Origin: a virus
Taxonomy: Duplodnaviria; Heunggongvirae; Uroviricota; Caudoviricetes
Virus record (IMG/VR): IMGVR_UViG_2695420430_000010
Length of the DNA: 7,859 nt
Reading direction: 5' to 3' (one strand)
Shown: positions 6,343 through 7,859 of the stretch, in pieces
Layout of the letters: each line of letters opens with the position of its first letter
Position numbering within the stretch: position 1 is the stretch's first letter
Notes under the pieces: model-generated
What the model saw: only the letters and a program-made list of their open reading frames with translations
Database searches by the model: none
Told to the model about the DNA's origin: nothing
Position numbers and translations under genes: made by a program

Positions 6343-6369
6343 ACCCGCTTCGGCGGGTTTTTGTTTTTA
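6343..6369 (+). terminator. Rho-independent terminator at the 3' end of the hok transcript
   Basis: Stem ACCCGC (6343-6348) / GCGGGT (6353-6358), loop TTCG, followed by the T-run TTTTTGTTTTT. Confidence 0.6.
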
Positions 6370-6381
6370 TTTTCAACGCGT

Positions 6382-6411
6382 TTGAAGTTCTGGACGGCGC
6401 CGGAATAGAAT
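6382..6411 (+). promoter_or_regulatory. Candidate sigma70 promoter upstream of rem
   Basis: TTGAAG (6382-6387), 18-nt spacer, TAGAAT (6406-6411), located between the hok terminator and the rem SD. Confidence 0.3.
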
Positions 6412-6489
6412 CAAAAATACTTAAGTAGCGCGCAGGGATAAGAGGGATGGTCCCTTAAAGGGGAGAGCTAATTATCCGGAAGGATTCTG

Positions 6490-6741
6490 ATGATGAACAT
6501 CGAAGAACTGCGTAAAATTTTTTGTGAAGATGGCCTCTATGCTGTGTGCGTTGAAAATGGAAATCTTGTTAGTCATTACCGCATTATGTGTTTGCGAAAG
6601 AATGGGGCTGCGTTAATTAATTTTGTGGATGGTCGAGTGACAGACGGATTTATCTTGCGCGAAGGTGAGTTTGTCACTTCATTACAGGCACTGAAAGAGA
6701 TCGGAATAAAAGCAGGCTTTTCAGCTTTTGCAGAAGAATAA
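6490..6741 (+). CDS. rem: Rem-like small prophage protein (83 aa)
   Basis: Product MMNIEELRKIFCEDGLYAVCVENGNLVSHYRIMCLRKNGAALINFVDGRVTDGFILREGEF... matches my recollection of Qin Rem. SD GGAAGGA at 6478-6484. Position after hok is as in Qin. Confidence 0.7.
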   Translation: MMNIEELRKIFCEDGLYAVCVENGNLVSHYRIMCLRKNGAALINFVDGRVTDGFILREGEFVTSLQALKEIGIKAGFSAFAEE

Positions 6742-6807
6742 ACTCATCTACAATCTTGCGCGGGGCTGAACTCCCGCTGAGTAACACCGTGCCACCGGAG
6801 AAAACCG

Positions 6808-7086
6808 ATGGCACGCAACGTAAAATATTACAATTCTGATAATTCGCCCGTTCTTGCCTGCACGCACGAGCGGTATTCTCACGCATTCAAGTCTGAATGG
6901 TTCCAACACCCTCCATGTACTGAAGAGCAGGCTGAATGGATAATTCAGTGTTACCGCAGGCGCGGATACGAGGTTAAGAAAGCCCTTAGTCTCGACTACC
7001 GTCACTGGATAATCTCCGTCAGGCTTCCTTACTCTGAACGCCCACCGCGTCCGTCTCGCACATTCCAGCAACGCATCTGGAGGTAA
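6808..7086 (+). CDS. Hypothetical prophage protein (92 aa)
   Basis: SD GGAG (6797-6800) before ATG 6808; GC-rich codon usage like neighbouring phage genes; its stop (7084-7086) lies in the SD-to-start spacer of the next gene, implying coupling. Family not recognised. Confidence 0.6.
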   Translation: MARNVKYYNSDNSPVLACTHERYSHAFKSEWFQHPPCTEEQAEWIIQCYRRRGYEVKKALSLDYRHWIISVRLPYSERPPRPSRTFQQRIWR

Positions 7087-7087
7087 C

Positions 7088-7859
7088 GTGCGGGTATTAC
7101 TTCGACCTGTTCTGGTACCGGAACTCGGGCTGGTGATCGTTAAGCCGGGCCGTGAATCCATGCCAGTATTCCACAATACCCGGGTATTGATGGAGCCGGA
7201 ACCGAAAAGCATGCGTAATCTGCCGTCCGGGGTCGTTCCTGCCGTTCGCCAGCCGCTGGAGGAAGACAAAACATTGCTGCCGTTTTTCAGTAACGCACGG
7301 GTGATTCGTGCTGCTGGTGGTGCTGGTGCATTGTCTGACTGGCTGTTGCGCCATATTAAATCCTGCCAGTGGCCACACGGCGATTATCATCACAGCGAAA
7401 CTGTCATTCACCGTTATGGTACCGGCGCAATGGTGTTGTGCTGGCACTGCGACAACCAGCTGCGTGACCAGACATCCGAATCACTCGAGCAACTTGCTCA
7501 TCAAAACCTGTCAGCATGGATGATTGACGTCATCGGTCACGCAATAAGCGGTACGCAGGAGCGTGAATTATCTTTGGCTGAATTATCCTGGTGGGCGGTC
7601 CGCAATCAGGTGGCGGACGCGCTACCGGAAGCGGTATTACGTCGTTCGCTGGGGGTGCGTGCGGAAAAAATCCGCTCAATGTACCGTGAAAGCGACATCG
7701 TGCCGGGAGAGCAGACCGCCACCAGCATACTGAAGCAGCGCACAAAAAATATTGCGTTACTGCCTGACGTCCACCAGCAACAGAACCCACCACAGGAAAA
7801 GACGGTGGTCAGCATTGCCGTTGATCCTGAGTCTCCGGAATCTTTCATGAAACGACCTA
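7088..7859 (+). CDS. YdfU-like (DUF968) prophage protein, 5' portion; continues beyond the window end
   Basis: GTG 7088 preceded by GGAGG (7079-7083). I translated this frame codon by codon from 7088 to about 7543 with no stop, and by run-on reading to 7859; it is absent from the ORF track presumably because it has no stop in the window. Opens VRVLLRPVLVPELGLVIVKPGRESMPVFHN... and contains a Cys/His cluster HIKSCQWPHGDYHH...CWHCDN. Confidence 0.7.
   Translation, partial: MRVLLRPVLVPELGLVIVKPGRESMPVFHNTRVLMEPEPKSMRNLPSGVVPAVRQPLEEDKTLLPFFSNARVIRAAGGAGALSDWLLRHIKSCQWPHGDYHHSETVIHRYGTGAMVLCWHCDNQLRDQTSESLEQLAHQNLSAWMIDVIGHAISGTQERELSLAELSWWAVRNQVADALPEAVLRRSLGVRAEKIRSMYRESDIVPGEQTATSILKQRTKNIALLPDVHQQQNPPQEKTVVSIAVDPESPESFMKRP

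Noticed and set aside
6748-7848. Minus-strand ORFs 6748-7269, 7097-7447, 7530-7793, 7606-7848 and plus-strand ORF 7308-7523
   Set aside because: All are embedded in or antisense to the coupled 92-aa ORF and ydfU-like gene, which have clear SD sequences and protein-like composition; the alternatives look like chance open frames in GC-rich sequence.
1-7859. CRISPR arrays, tRNA/rRNA genes
   Set aside because: No regularly spaced direct repeats with unique spacers and no cloverleaf-compatible or rRNA-like segments were seen; the only repeat cluster (113-196) is iteron-like and lies within coding sequence.

Overview
This window reads as a segment of a lambdoid (Qin-like) prophage from an Escherichia/Shigella-type genome, with a visibly AT-rich cargo island inserted between the replication module and the hok-rem module. 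All calls rest on reading the sequence and on recalled protein families; no database search was run, and GC differences are judged by eye. Left to right: (1) the end of an IS3-family insertion sequence (IS629/IS1203-like), abutting (2) a replication gene with a DnaT-like C-terminal domain that looks 5'-truncated by the IS and carries iteron-like repeats, (3) a lambda-P-like helicase-loader gene, (4) a small ren-like gene broken by a 1-nt frameshift, (5) an AT-rich island (~1500-5810) holding a 281-aa gene of unknown function with its own promoter, a degenerate tyrosine-recombinase remnant, and a two-gene ABC-ATPase + HNH-nuclease module of Septu (PtuA/PtuB) architecture, (6) an apparently complete hok/mok/sok-type type I toxin module, (7) rem, a 92-aa unknown ORF, and the 5' part of a ydfU-like (DUF968) gene running off the window. 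The strongest candidate for an interesting system is the ATPase+HNH pair together with the neighbouring unknown 281-aa gene.
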